Below, piece after piece: positions 1-12,179 of a DNA stretch of 64,000 bases. The notes under the pieces were generated by a model. The model ran no database searches, was not told the DNA's origin, and saw nothing but the letters and a program-made list of their open reading frames with translations. Positions within the stretch are counted from its first letter, which is position 1. Each line of letters begins with the position of its first letter. Both the position numbers and the translations under genes were made by a program. The DNA comes from Ptychomitrium polyphyllum (taxonomy: Eukaryota): contig OZ316775.1 in the NCBI GenBank assembly GCA_973851085.1, positions 8,556,001 through 8,620,000 of the forward strand, in the 5' to 3' direction.

Positions 1-1425
1 AGTTCACACGGTCGACAACTTTCTGCATGAAAAAGCTTTGGGTCCTCAACAGGCTGAAGGAACTTCAGTAAAAATTCTTGGGGTTTTGTAAGCGCATGGG
101 CGCTGCACAGTTGCCATCCGAGAAGCCCGGCTAAAGGTAGCCGTTCGACTCGGTTTGCGGGAGCGCGACACAGTCGCGAAGTTTTGCATTTTGGCGTTGT
201 ATGTTTGTCGTTGTCTGTTCAGGGTACTGATATGGTCTACGCAAATACGTGCTGTAGATGGACTGTGCTCGACCATTTTCGAGCAGACGAATGGAACTGT
301 TCTTGGAAGTCACATGTTCCTCGTCAACAAAACAACTTGCTGCACCAATCTCTAAGTCCTTGAGGGCCTGCTTCAACTCATGCAAATATCGAAGAAACTT
401 GAAGGGCAGTTTGGCGAAATGGGCCTCAAGGGCAGCCACGAGACAACCAATAGCATGAGAGGGACCTGAAGGACCCGGGTAACTCATGTTACGGAACCAT
501 GGAAATCTGGATTGAGAGTGACACTCAATATAATACAAGAAGGTCAGTTGAAGTATTTAATTTGCAAAGCAAAGAAGTCATTCTGGTATTATGAGAGCAT
601 ACAAAAGTTCCACAAATGGTTCAAAGGGGAACGGAGCTCAAATTATCGACAAGAAACGTGGTCTTAACGTTAACCATAAATCCATAGGGAAACACAGGCT
701 CTCCGCAACTAAGAAATCACTGGCATGAAAAACAAGAGTCTGCACTCTAGAGTCCAGAGTTATGTGATATTTTAAAACTATTATGTGTTTGTTCACCTCT
801 GAACCGAAAAGAAACAAGGTACATTCGGTCATGAAATTCCATACCATATTCCTTCTGAACTAGGTCTTCACCATTAGACACTGGAGTCTCAAAGTTTCGA
901 ACTGGTCCAAGCCGTCTAATTAAAGTATAAAAGCAACCTGGCCCTACAAGCAACCCATATCCCCTCCAATCGTTAAGCCCCACTGATCCAGTAATCCAGT
1001 AATCCGTTCCTATTGAACCATCAATAACTAAAGACTCACAGTTGTGACAAGACTTTAACCTTTCTGATTTCATTCATAGGATGATGTTTCCAAAGTTCCT
1101 ATTACTGTGTTTATCAAAGTCAAATTCCAGTCAAGGTGAAACAACCCATAACCACCCACGATCCACCAGCTCCTAAAAATTTAGAAATCACCATGTGCGT
1201 TACCATTAACTGTAAAAATTGGTATCTTTGGTGGTTTATACTTGGTTTATGCTTGGTGAGTGGTGGTAATGTATTGAAGTTGGGTGTAAATGGAAGCATG
1301 GAGTGGTAATAATGATGGTAAGGCAAATTCATACAAGTTGTGAAAAAATAACATATAATGGACTTAAGCTTGATGAATGGTGGTTATTAAATGGAACTTT
1401 GATGATTGAGGAGCTATCAAGTGGT

Positions 1426-1465
1426 GTTGTTATTGTTGTTATTGTTGTTGTTGTTGTTGTTGTTG
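1426..1465. repeat. (GTT)n microsatellite, slightly interrupted
   Basis: Read directly from the sequence. Confidence 0.9.
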
Positions 1466-4166
1466 GGCTAGTCTGATGGTGGATATTAACTATTTGCATA
1501 AACGCTTTTTGAAAACTCATAAGTGTTCAAATTTTATCATAACACTATATTCTTGATTGCATTGAATTACAAATATTATTCTTATCTACCAAAACTTGGT
1601 GAAATTTTATATAATTTTTACAAATGAAGGTATTTTTAAAATTTTGGTGGTAAATAAATTGTCTTACTTTAGAGTATGTTGAACCTAGCAAATGACATTA
1701 TTCTTGTATATGAGCATATGTACAAAAAGTTGTTAGTCTTAATAGAATGCTTGTTCTACATAGTATTCACAAAAATGCAATATTACATATACAAATCTTC
1801 ACATAATTACGCCTTATCAATTACAAAGAAATTCAAAATGCAACAATTCAATGTTATATGCCATTTTTGCATTTGTTCTTTAATTATAACTATTCAATCT
1901 AATTTGTATTAATTATCTTCAACATTTAATTAATATAAATTGTTATAGGTATCAAAAAAATTATGTCATAATGTTTTAATATAATCATTTAAAATCATTG
2001 AAGAATGTTCTTTATTGGTTTACATAGTTTCAAATACAATGAAATATTTAGAATGTCTTAGAATTAGTACTTGGAAAGTTTTCTTTTAAGAAACAATTTA
2101 AGAATCAAATTTAGAATTAATTGAATCATGCTTGATACAAACAATCAACAAGTGTATATTTAAATAAACACTAAAAAGTCCAACAAATGTATATTTATTG
2201 TTGAATCTAAAATGTTATGTTTTTTAACTAATTTAAAGTGACAACTTATAGACATTTATATGTCTTGTTTCTTTAACTTTGAACTATCTTCCAAAGCATC
2301 CACATATATATAATATACATTTCTTTCTAATGATAAAATACAATTCATATTGCACTATATATCATGCTGCCTTATGTAATTCTTTAAAAAAATTCATTTC
2401 TAAATGAATTTCTTTATAATATTAACATTTAAGAAACTCATTTTCAAAAATCTTGGCTTTTCTAATGTCTATAGAACACGGTTTATAAGACATATAAAAT
2501 AAGAAATCTAGAATAAATTTTAAAATTTTTAATCTTTAAAAAAATTGTTGACAAAAAACAAGTATAATTATAGTTTCATGTACAGACATTTGATTCTTGA
2601 TGTTTTAATACATAAACTAAAACACACATAGGAGTTTGAAGTTTTAAAATTAGAAATGGTAATATTATTCTTTGTTCCAATTTATATTAAACTAATCATT
2701 TTTTATTTATTTTTGACAACTCTCATCTTCAATGTTACAAGTAAGCATGTCTAATTGTATGTAAAGTAATCTTTTGTCAAAGTGGAATCACAGTATGGCT
2801 TACATAAAAGAATTCTATTTATATTTCAAAAAGGTTCTTAATGAAATGAATTGTTTCCAAACAAAAAAAAAGAACTAATGAAATTTCATTAATAGGCTTG
2901 AAAAGATGTATCTCTAAAAACATTTGAAATTTTCCTTATTAGCATACCTCTCCATATAAAAGCTTTAGTTAATATTGAAAGTAGTAGCACACATGGTAAC
3001 TAGTGAATTGTAGGAAACTCTATTATTGTACAATTTCATAGTTTTTTTGTAAAATTTTGTTATTCCATTAAAAAGGACTCAATTATTTCTCTAATATACT
3101 TTACCAATCATGTTTTTGGTCATTATTGAACTTACGGTAAAATTGAAATTGCTAGTGCATCTTCTATTTAAGCAAAAGTGCTTATCTTTGTAAAAGCCCA
3201 TTGTACGATATATTTTTACAAGTATGGTATGGTTTGTATGTGGTTTGTAGGTGGTTATAATTTGATGGTGTCTTGGCCAGAACGTTATTGCAAAGACTTG
3301 GGGGATGGCAGTGAATGAAGTCCTTCCAGCTGTCCAGGTATATGATGTTGTGAAAGGTGAAACAAGTTGTTTCAATTGCAGAGCTCTAGTCAACGTAACA
3401 CACCTTCAGCTGTAAATGGAATGGGTCGAGCCCCGTACTAGGATTATGCTAAAATGTTGCATAATCAGCTGAAGTAACGCCGATCAGCACTCATTGGCAT
3501 TGTGAAGATTTAGTGTTTCCAATATAAAGCTATAGTTATAGCTTTCAAGCTCAACAAATTCCTTGGATTGTGTATGGTTCTCTTGGATCAGCTACTGTTC
3601 AATTGCCACCTGCTCCATATTATCTTACAAACAGTATGCATGAAGTTGGAAACAGTTGCTGAAGCTTTGGAGAGCTTTTGCTAGAGGTCATCAGTGACAT
3701 TGTGATTGATTGGGAGTATGTATTGGTAGCCTGCTCTGAGAGCGTACGAGGTCAGTTGTTGGACAGCTTAAAATACTGCTTTCATGTGAGTTTTACCCCG
3801 TTTTTCTTGCTCACTATCTTTAAACTTTGGGAAAATTCTGTAAGGCGCCTGCAACATAATATGCACAGATGTGAAGGTGTTGAAAGCGCATGTTGTACTT
3901 ACTCAAGCGTCTGCACCTAAACTTACAAGTGCCTTGCTTCTCCAAAGCTATGGTGAGTATATTCGCTACCAAGCAGTTGTCAAGTAATCTGAACCCTGAT
4001 ATGTAATAATACATAGGTATGCCCCAGTATGCAATTTCTATTTAGAAAAATGCGAGTTGTGCTTGCTTCTAAGTTTTAGTACGGACTCGGAGAAGGAGCA
4101 CGTCCAAGATATTAACTTTTGTCTGCAATGCCGCTCAGCTTTGTGTATTCCAGCTCCTGCTCACCA

Positions 4167-4346
4167 CACTAAAAATGGTATTTTATGCCACCAATTCAAA
4201 ATATCTTAGTGTGATACTAAATGTAATCCGCCAAACTAGTGTTACCGAAATTCAATGTTAACAAGTTTTTTTAGAATAACAAGGCATTCTAAGACTACAT
4301 TGTGATGACAATAACCGCCATGTGATCCTAAGTATCATTTTTAGTG
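4167..4346. mobile_element. 180-bp MITE-like element with CACTA...TAGTG termini
   Basis: Left CACTAAAAATGGTATTTTATG vs reverse complement of the right end CACTAAAAATGATACTTAGG: ~20-bp imperfect TIR. No clean 3-bp TSD. Confidence 0.5.
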
Positions 4347-5750
4347 TAATCAAGAGTTATGTTTTAATAAGTTTTGAATTTAAAGGTGTTTTTTTTTCTT
4401 ATAATTGAAAAATATAGGTTTTCGAAGTTAAATACCACCTTTAGTTGATAGTAAGATTTTCTAGAATTTGAAACCGATTTTTTTTTAGAAATTATAAAAG
4501 AATTTTATTGTCATCTTAAATCTAATATTTTTTCCTTCCAAAGACATGGGGTTTGTTAAGTTAGAACTTTCAAATTCTTAGGGAACTAATTAAGGTAAAT
4601 GATTCTTATAAATGAAGTGAAGAAAAAAGTGAGATTACAAGTATCATACTAAATGAGGAAAGAATTAAATTTACAAATGACTTTGCTACACCTAAATTTT
4701 ATTCAATGCCTTTGGTGAAGAATTTTAATTGAAATTCTAAAATACATATACAAAATATATATATATATATAATTATTCCTAGAGACCATAATTTCAATGA
4801 AAAAACATCATTTTTTTATAAATGACATTGGCGTGAAAAAAAAAATGAGTTCAAATCTCAATCATATATCCTTATGATATATTTTTTTTAGATGATATAG
4901 ATTAAATTTTGGAATCATGAAACTATGCACGTTAGAAGATCACAATGTTTTGATAGAACATAACTCTTGACTACACTAAAAAATGAAAAAATGAAACTTA
5001 CTGACCTTCAATTTCTTCCTCAATTTTAATCTAAATTCTACCTCATATTCCTATGTACGAAACCATAGTTCTTCATCAAGATTGATGCATCACCTTTTCT
5101 AAAAAGTTACAATTCAGAAAGTTTGATAAGAAGCCAATTCAAGTGCCTCGTTCTCACTTATTAAACCCGGGTGGGGGTTGGGCGGGGCGGGGGCCGGGGA
5201 AGGAAGGAAGGAAAGACCATGGGAACTTGTAATATTGCAGGAGTTTGTTCCAGAGCAATTGCTATAATTGTGCTCAATGTTTAGAGTGTCAAACAGCACA
5301 AGTCATTTTCAAGGCTGCGTTGCAGTGTTTCGGTTGTGGGTCAGAAGGTTACTTCTCATTGTGCCGAGTTGATCAAGAGCCCTTGGATAAAGAAGCAAAA
5401 TACTACAGCTGTGCACGCTTGAGACTGAAATCCCACTATAACTGAATCGCCAGCAACACTGCGCAAAAACAACTAATTTTGCTTTGACGGCAGTAAATAC
5501 GTGCTGTGTCCACATTGAGTTTGACGTGGACGATGAATAGAGAAATGCTCCCTTCAAAAAAAGCAATGTCACATTAAAATGTCAATACTCATTATTCCTG
5601 TAGACCTTCATAATTACAATGGTCCACAGTGCCTAGTGTAATTTTTGTCTGACTACATCTAAAAGCCACAATTCTTCAAAGACTTCCCATTTTATACCCA
5701 CAATCCCTGCTGTGAGTACCTGTAGATACATTGAAGAAACAGAAATTCAC

Positions 5751-8700
5751 CTATGCCTTCAAAGCCTTCACTGCTTTCTTAGCTGCATCGTCAAGATCAT
5801 CAGCTGTGATGATAGTCATACCACTTTCCTGTACCAAGCAGCAAAGAAATTTTCAAAAGTCGATTAGCAATCTAAAATAATGCTGTATACCCCAAGTCTT
5901 CAACAAGGAGCTTCTCAAGTGCACCCAATGTCATATGATGTAAAGTTCACAATTCTTGTACCTTCAAAATCGTCTTCCCAACATCTACATTAGTACCCTC
6001 CAGTCGCACTACCAGTGGAACTTTCAACTTCACCTGCAAGATCAACCTCTTCCATATCAGAGCAGGACATACAAACAAAACTATCTCGTAGTAGTTCTGA
6101 GTGACTAAGGTTATCTCATTAAAATGGTAAAACAGAAACTAACCCCCTTAAGCTTCACTGGATATACCTGTTTAGCAGCAGCCACGATTCCAGAAGCAAT
6201 AACATCACATTTCATGATCCCACCAAAAATGTTCACCAAGATGGCCTTCACTCTCTCATCGGCAGTCAGAATTTTGAAAGCTTCCACAACCTGCACAATT
6301 GAAGTGAGGTCAATCAACCAACAATAAACCTATCAGCCAAATATTCAACAAGACAATGACTGTTCAAACCAAGTCACCACAGTACACATTAAAACCTATG
6401 TAAATGGACCATTAGAATCTTGCCAGCTGAATACAAATGAGAACAACAAACAGGATCGTGGTCAATAACTAGTGAAAAGCGCATGAGCTGAAGTCAGGAG
6501 CATACCTGTTGCTCTGAAGCATTGCCACCCACATCCAAGAAATTGGCGGGTGTGCCTCCACTTAGCTTGATAATATCCATTGTTGCCATCGCAAGACCAG
6601 CTCCATTGACCATGCATCCAATTTCGCCATCCAACCCTATGTAGTTCAGATCTACCTTTGCAGCTGCGACCTAACGAATCCACCGAAGTTGTAAGCCCAT
6701 TTAGAAAAATAATTACCAAGTCGATATATCCTCTTCAACAATAATAGTTCGTTCAGCTCAAGCGAGGCTTACTATAGTCTCCGTAGAGATTGCAAATATA
6801 TCCGTAAATTCACCAAGATACTGCCACAAAAACAGCTGATGTAGCGAACAATTTCAAGTGTACTTCTTTATTGTAAAAGAAAGCATTCGGAGGTCCATGA
6901 CATATCTATAACATATCTAAAACATACCTCACGGGGATCTTCTTGAGTTGTGTCTCGCATGGCGAAAATCTCCTTTTGACGGAATGAAGCATTGTCATCA
7001 AAATTGAGCTTCGCATCAGCGGCCATCATGATTCCTGTTGAAGTCTCTGCCAAGGGATTGATCTGCAGTCACATGCAGGTGATGAAATACACTTCAGCAT
7101 GCTTCGTTGCAAGACCTTTTTACACAGCTTAATATAGATTCATTACAATATTAATTTACCAAAAACCTCTACTTGTATTGTTATTAGCATACCAGTGAAA
7201 ACTACCTACCCCTGAAACAGATCCCATGATAACCACAAAATAACCGTCGCGTCATCAAAACCTGCAGAAATAAGAGCCGTTTGATACACGATTGAAATAG
7301 ATGTAATTATCAACACAACAGGTCCTTTCAACGTAACCTACAATGAGTTACAGGGCATGGCAGCAACCAAGAAAGCTTGCCGGAATTTATATCAAATGCA
7401 ATATAATCCGACAAGAGGAGCACAAATATTTATATATATGTTCACCTGTTGGAAATTTCTATATTTTAAAAGTAACATGATAAATCATGCAGCATGCTAA
7501 GGTAAGGATTGCCTAACAGGGCAATGGAATTACCTCAACTTGAGTACAGTCTGTTTCTGTGAACAGCTTATAAAACTTTTTAATTTGATCGACTCCTTGC
7601 TGCAAGTCGACCTTTTTTGGAGCCAACCCCTTTACAACCTTTTCAGCTTCGGCATCTGATATACCGTTTTTGATGTTTATTGGAACCTGTATTATTGGAG
7701 AGCACATCATAACTTCAACCATTACGGCTACTTCATTGAAGGCAATAATTCCCAAAACATATATGATCTAAGTTCATTACATAACTATAATTTAACTCTG
7801 CAAGCAACAAAGAGCGAACCTTGATGATCTGGTCTGGATACTTCTCAGCAAGATCTTCTATGCTGGTCCCACCTTTGGCGCAAGCAATCATGACCTGTTT
7901 TCACACCATCTCTAAATTCAGTACTAACACAAACACCAAACTCATAATTGCAAGCCAAAAGTACTTATGAGGATTGCACACATAAAAAGTTCAATCAACA
8001 AGAAGGGAAAAAAAAACAGAGGCTCTACAACAGTTCTAAAATAGAGACTAAGATACAGAGACGCTAAGGCGTACGAGTAAGATAGACCAATCTAGAGTTC
8101 CTATATATATTATAGGCAGAAGAGAGAAAAAACAGAGTTCACGAACTTACCGGACCAGCACTAGCTCGATCCAAAGCAATGGCAAAATACATCTCATTGA
8201 TGAGATTGAGCTTTTGACACAAAAATACCTGCACCCGACAGAGCCGATTAAAACAATTTTGGACTAATAGTGATTCTAAAGGACGAGAGTACAAAGCGGC
8301 AAAAAACTGCCGAAGTTGTAAATCTCCGTATATCATCATAAAACCCAGAGCAGCTGAATACATCTATTCTCTTTCTAAACTTCTGAGATTGAGTCTGGAA
8401 AGAACTGATATAAATACAAACCTGTGGATCAACCGATACAAGGTCATAAAAAATCGGGAAGGCTACATGCAAAACTGAGCATCAATAAATGACGTGTTCG
8501 ATGGACAGGCGTAATTGAAAGGCAGTCACCTTATTTACTGGCTTTCCTTCCGCTCCAGTCTGCTTGGTCACCAAGACCTGTCCAAGCATTTTGCCTGCAA
8601 AAATGCCGTCCGCCAACTCAGTCTCCAAAACTAAGATACACATAGCGGCGCATTGACCAACTCCAACACACGTATCTAGTGAGAAAATGTAGAAAAGCAA

Positions 8701-9830
8701 GAACAAAGCAGAAAAATGAACACCCAATAGGAATCTGGTTCCAACTCTTGTGAAGATTAGAGTGGAAAAAATACGAGATGCTTCAGTGGTGCTGTTAATT
8801 TAAACGGCAGGAGTTGCGTGCATCAACTAGATGAGCTAGAATATTTTTCTTTTGTTTCTTCCGTAAGGATAATCCTGCTCCAGATGTACAAAACCTAGCA
8901 GTTTTGAATATTAAATATGTCTAACAGTTGTTGCAAAAAACTACACCAACATAGCAGAGTTTCTCTTGCTACACTAACGTAAGATCTATGTGACAGCTGT
9001 TCGCAGCTTGTGAGAATGATTGAACGGAATGAGATCATTGATGCAGATGAGACAATCACTACTCTACTTATTCAATTAGACAATATAATAGTAACGGCTC
9101 GTTCCAAGTATCAGAAACAGCCTGCTAATATGATATTCACCTTCAGAAATTTATTAACTTGCCTAGCAAACATGAAAAGGAAAAAGTACCTGCTATCTCC
9201 TCCACCTTGTCTCTCGAGACAATATGAACGCCACCCTTGAGTCCATTCTTGAAAGTGCCCAACCCTCGACCTCCTGCTAGGACCTGGCTCTTGACCACCA
9301 ACTGCAAGTAGCACTAGATCGCTTAACCCCACTACACTCGCACGTGATCGAAAATCCTATTAGCAGACACTAACGACCAAAGCAATGTTCAATCCACCTA
9401 AAACCTTAACACCCTAAAACCCTAGAAGCCGATAAATATGTGCGACAGAAAAACAAACAAGAGTAGAAAGCGTATCACCTCTGCGTCATCCGGGAACTGC
9501 TCCTCAAGAACCTTCGCGATCTCCGACGTGGACGACACCACGACACCCTTGGGTACATTAACCCCGAATTTGCTCATCAAATCAGCACCCTGAACCGAAC
9601 GGCACATCAACACAAAACTTCGTCGTCAAATGCAATCCCGGAAACAGCATCAAGAACCTTCACAAACGACGAAAAGAAAACCATAACCCTGAGGAAGCAC
9701 AGAGCGAGATCCAAGTACGCACCTGATACTCGTGGATGTTCAAGGACCGCGACTGCTGCTGGAGGCATGGCAGCGGGGAGCGGCGAGTAGCCAAGCGAGC
9801 CAGAAGGCGGCACGCCGCACCACGCACCAT
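5751..9830 (-). CDS. SCS-beta: Succinyl-CoA ligase [ADP-forming] beta subunit, mitochondrial; 12 exons (approx. 9830-9723, 9589-9479, ~9300-9190, ~8594-8530, ~8228-8151, ~7894-7820, ~7686-7534, ~7062-6928, ~6670-6506, ~6290-6168, ~6033-5962, 5828-5751)
   Basis: Spliced translation gives [13 protein letters not shown]...[143 protein letters not shown]. These are SucC-family hallmark motifs. GT-AG junctions and an Arg-rich transit-peptide-like N-terminus. Confidence 0.97.
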
Positions 9831-10122
9831 GATGGAGAAGAATTCAGTTCTCGGGAAAGCAATCGACGCAGCGAAACCCTGAGGAGCAAACTCGCAACTG
9901 GCAAGCCATTAGGGCACCAGCTTGGCTTTTACGACACTCCCGATCGCTGGGCGCGCGCGCCCTTCTCTTGGCGACTGCCGTCATGCCCGGTCTTCAATCC
10001 TACAACCGTCACTGTACCCAAAACCAACACGCTCTCCTCCGCGTCTATACTTTCGTAGAGTGGGTTTTAGGTGAAGCGCGGTTTTAGGTGAAATGACGGT
10101 TTTAGATGAAGGAAATATTTTG

Positions 10123-10284
10123 GACGAAGTGACGGATTTAAAGTATGTGACGGGTTTAAAATATGTGACGGGCTTAAAGTAAGTGACGGTTCTAAAGTAA
10201 GTGACGGTTCTAAAGTAAGTGACGGTTCTAAAGTAAGTGACGGTTCTAAAGTAAGTGACGGTTCTAAAGTAAGTGACGGTTTTA
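10123..10284. repeat. 18-bp tandem minisatellite, 9 units, consensus AAGTAAGTGACGGTTCTA
   Basis: Five identical units at 10177-10266 with diverged flanking units; further degenerate 17-18 bp units at ~10063-10110. Confidence 0.95.
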
Positions 10285-12159
10285 AGTATGCAATTCTTAT
10301 GGCCAACCATCATATTGAATTGCACACCCGGAAGCACACTGGGGAAATTATTGCCAGTATATTTTAAGTTACATTCAATAGCGTTTTAAATGGAAGGGGC
10401 TTCTTTTCTAATTCTTTAACAAAAACTATGTATTTCCTCAATGGATGGCGACCGTGTTATGTGGCTAAGGGAATGTTTTTAAACACTTAATACAAAACAA
10501 TTGATATTATAAAGCATGTCTTTATATTGTGTGTAGGGTTGTTTTTATGTAAGTGTAAATAAAGTAGTGGATTAAAAATTTACATGGATAAATAGAATGA
10601 TAAGATATAATTGAAAAATTAAATTTTTTTATAATACATTAATATATGCTTAAACTTTGAAGGATTTGAAAAATATAATTAGATTTTCAAATATAAAATG
10701 GAATAGATATACCAAATACATTTGTAGATTTAAATAAGTTATTTGTAATAATTATAACTATCCAAATTGTCAATTCCAAGAAAATTCATAAATTGCAATC
10801 CAAATGAAATATGTCTATTTTTGGAACTATTTTATTTTATTTTACATCACATAAACGCCAATCTCTATATAAGAAAAATACATGTATATCAAAGATGATA
10901 TTTACTATTAATACAAAACAAGAAATTTGAATTTAAATTCATCTTTATCTTTTAGATTTCAGATTTTTTAAAACTTTCTAACAAAAGTAGGTTTAAAATA
11001 AAACACCATATAAAATTGGATATATAGAAAACCACATACTGATTATACCTCAAGTTTTATAGGTGTTGTAAAATTTATAATTTAATTCTTATTTTGTTTT
11101 AATTTGTACTTCATGAACATCCATGGTGTATTAATTAGAATATAAGAAAACTAAAAAATTCACAAGAAATTTTGAGAATTTTTTTGTACAATGATAAACT
11201 TCAAATGCACATAATACAATGAATTTTGCAAACATTACAATGACATTAAGTAGTATATGTTACATATAAAGAAATAACAAAGGAAAATCATTATTTATTA
11301 GAAGAATTTTATTGAGAGTGAAAAACTTAACAAATATAAGAATATGAATAGAAAATAAAACATTCAGCCAACAAAAATAAGAATGCTCAAAGTAGGCAAG
11401 TAAGATTGTGTCTTGTACGCGTTTGAGAGACTTCAAAACATTCAACTAACGTCCTCATAAACCTTATCAAGGTAGACCCTTGCAGAGCACTCCTTTCTCA
11501 AAACATTTTTCTCATATCCATTTTCACTAAACCTCAGAAGGCTGCCCGCAAAACCTGAAAAGAAGGTGAGGATATGATCCCAAAGTTGCAATGCCTATCT
11601 TGACATCACAACAGCAGAACAAGAAACAAAATTCCGCCCACTGTATTATGAGGGATTGAGAATTTTGGTTCCCCATTCACGAAAGCACCCCGAAACTCAG
11701 ACAATTTACTGCTATAATTCCGTCGTTGCTCCACTAGGCTGCCCGCGAAGCTGCGGGGGTGCTGTGCAGAGTGAAGCTGCGGATGCCCGCACAGCGACGG
11801 GTGGCACTGGCCCGCCGCAGCCCTCGAAGCGCGTTGTTCGTCGTGTGTCCGGACGCTGCGGCATTCATCGCGAGGTCATCCGTCCAGGCGACGCGGCCGT
11901 CTGTTCATCCAGGGGTCATCGCTCTGCTGCTCGGGCACTGAGTGTGCACGGCGCTGGCACTGCTCACAGGGACCCCCGACGGACTCCATGGCCGCGTCGA
12001 TGCTGGATGCTGCCCTCCGCAGCTGCCGATCGGAGCTCACTCCCGCGCTCCCTCTGCTGCCCTCGCTGCCCCCGCTCGCCTGCGCCCGACGCGCGCCCCG
12101 TGCAATTTGAGCCCGGACAGCGTCTGCGGGCGCGGTTTCCCTGGCTTGCGCGACCAGCG

Positions 12160-12179
12160 CCCCCCCCCCCCCCCCCCCC
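12160..12179 (+). repeat. C20 homopolymer in the GC-rich upstream/leader region of the SBP gene
   Basis: Read directly from the sequence. Confidence 0.9.

Noticed and set aside
46..1073. Minus-strand ORFs with a TIR-like flavour (VSFRFRGEQTHNSF; LKQALKDLEIG..CFVDEE)
   Set aside because: Resemblance is limited to a few residues, pieces are separated by stops and no coherent exon chain could be built. May be a gene fragment but cannot be supported.
3290..4140. Moderate-GC stretch with possible small exons
   Set aside because: No recognisable protein motif or consistent splice chain.
9981..10337. ORFs with (TVTYFR)n and (EPSLTL)n repeats; array as possible CRISPR
   Set aside because: By-products of the 18-bp tandem repeat. 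There are no unique spacers or cas genes, and the context is eukaryotic.
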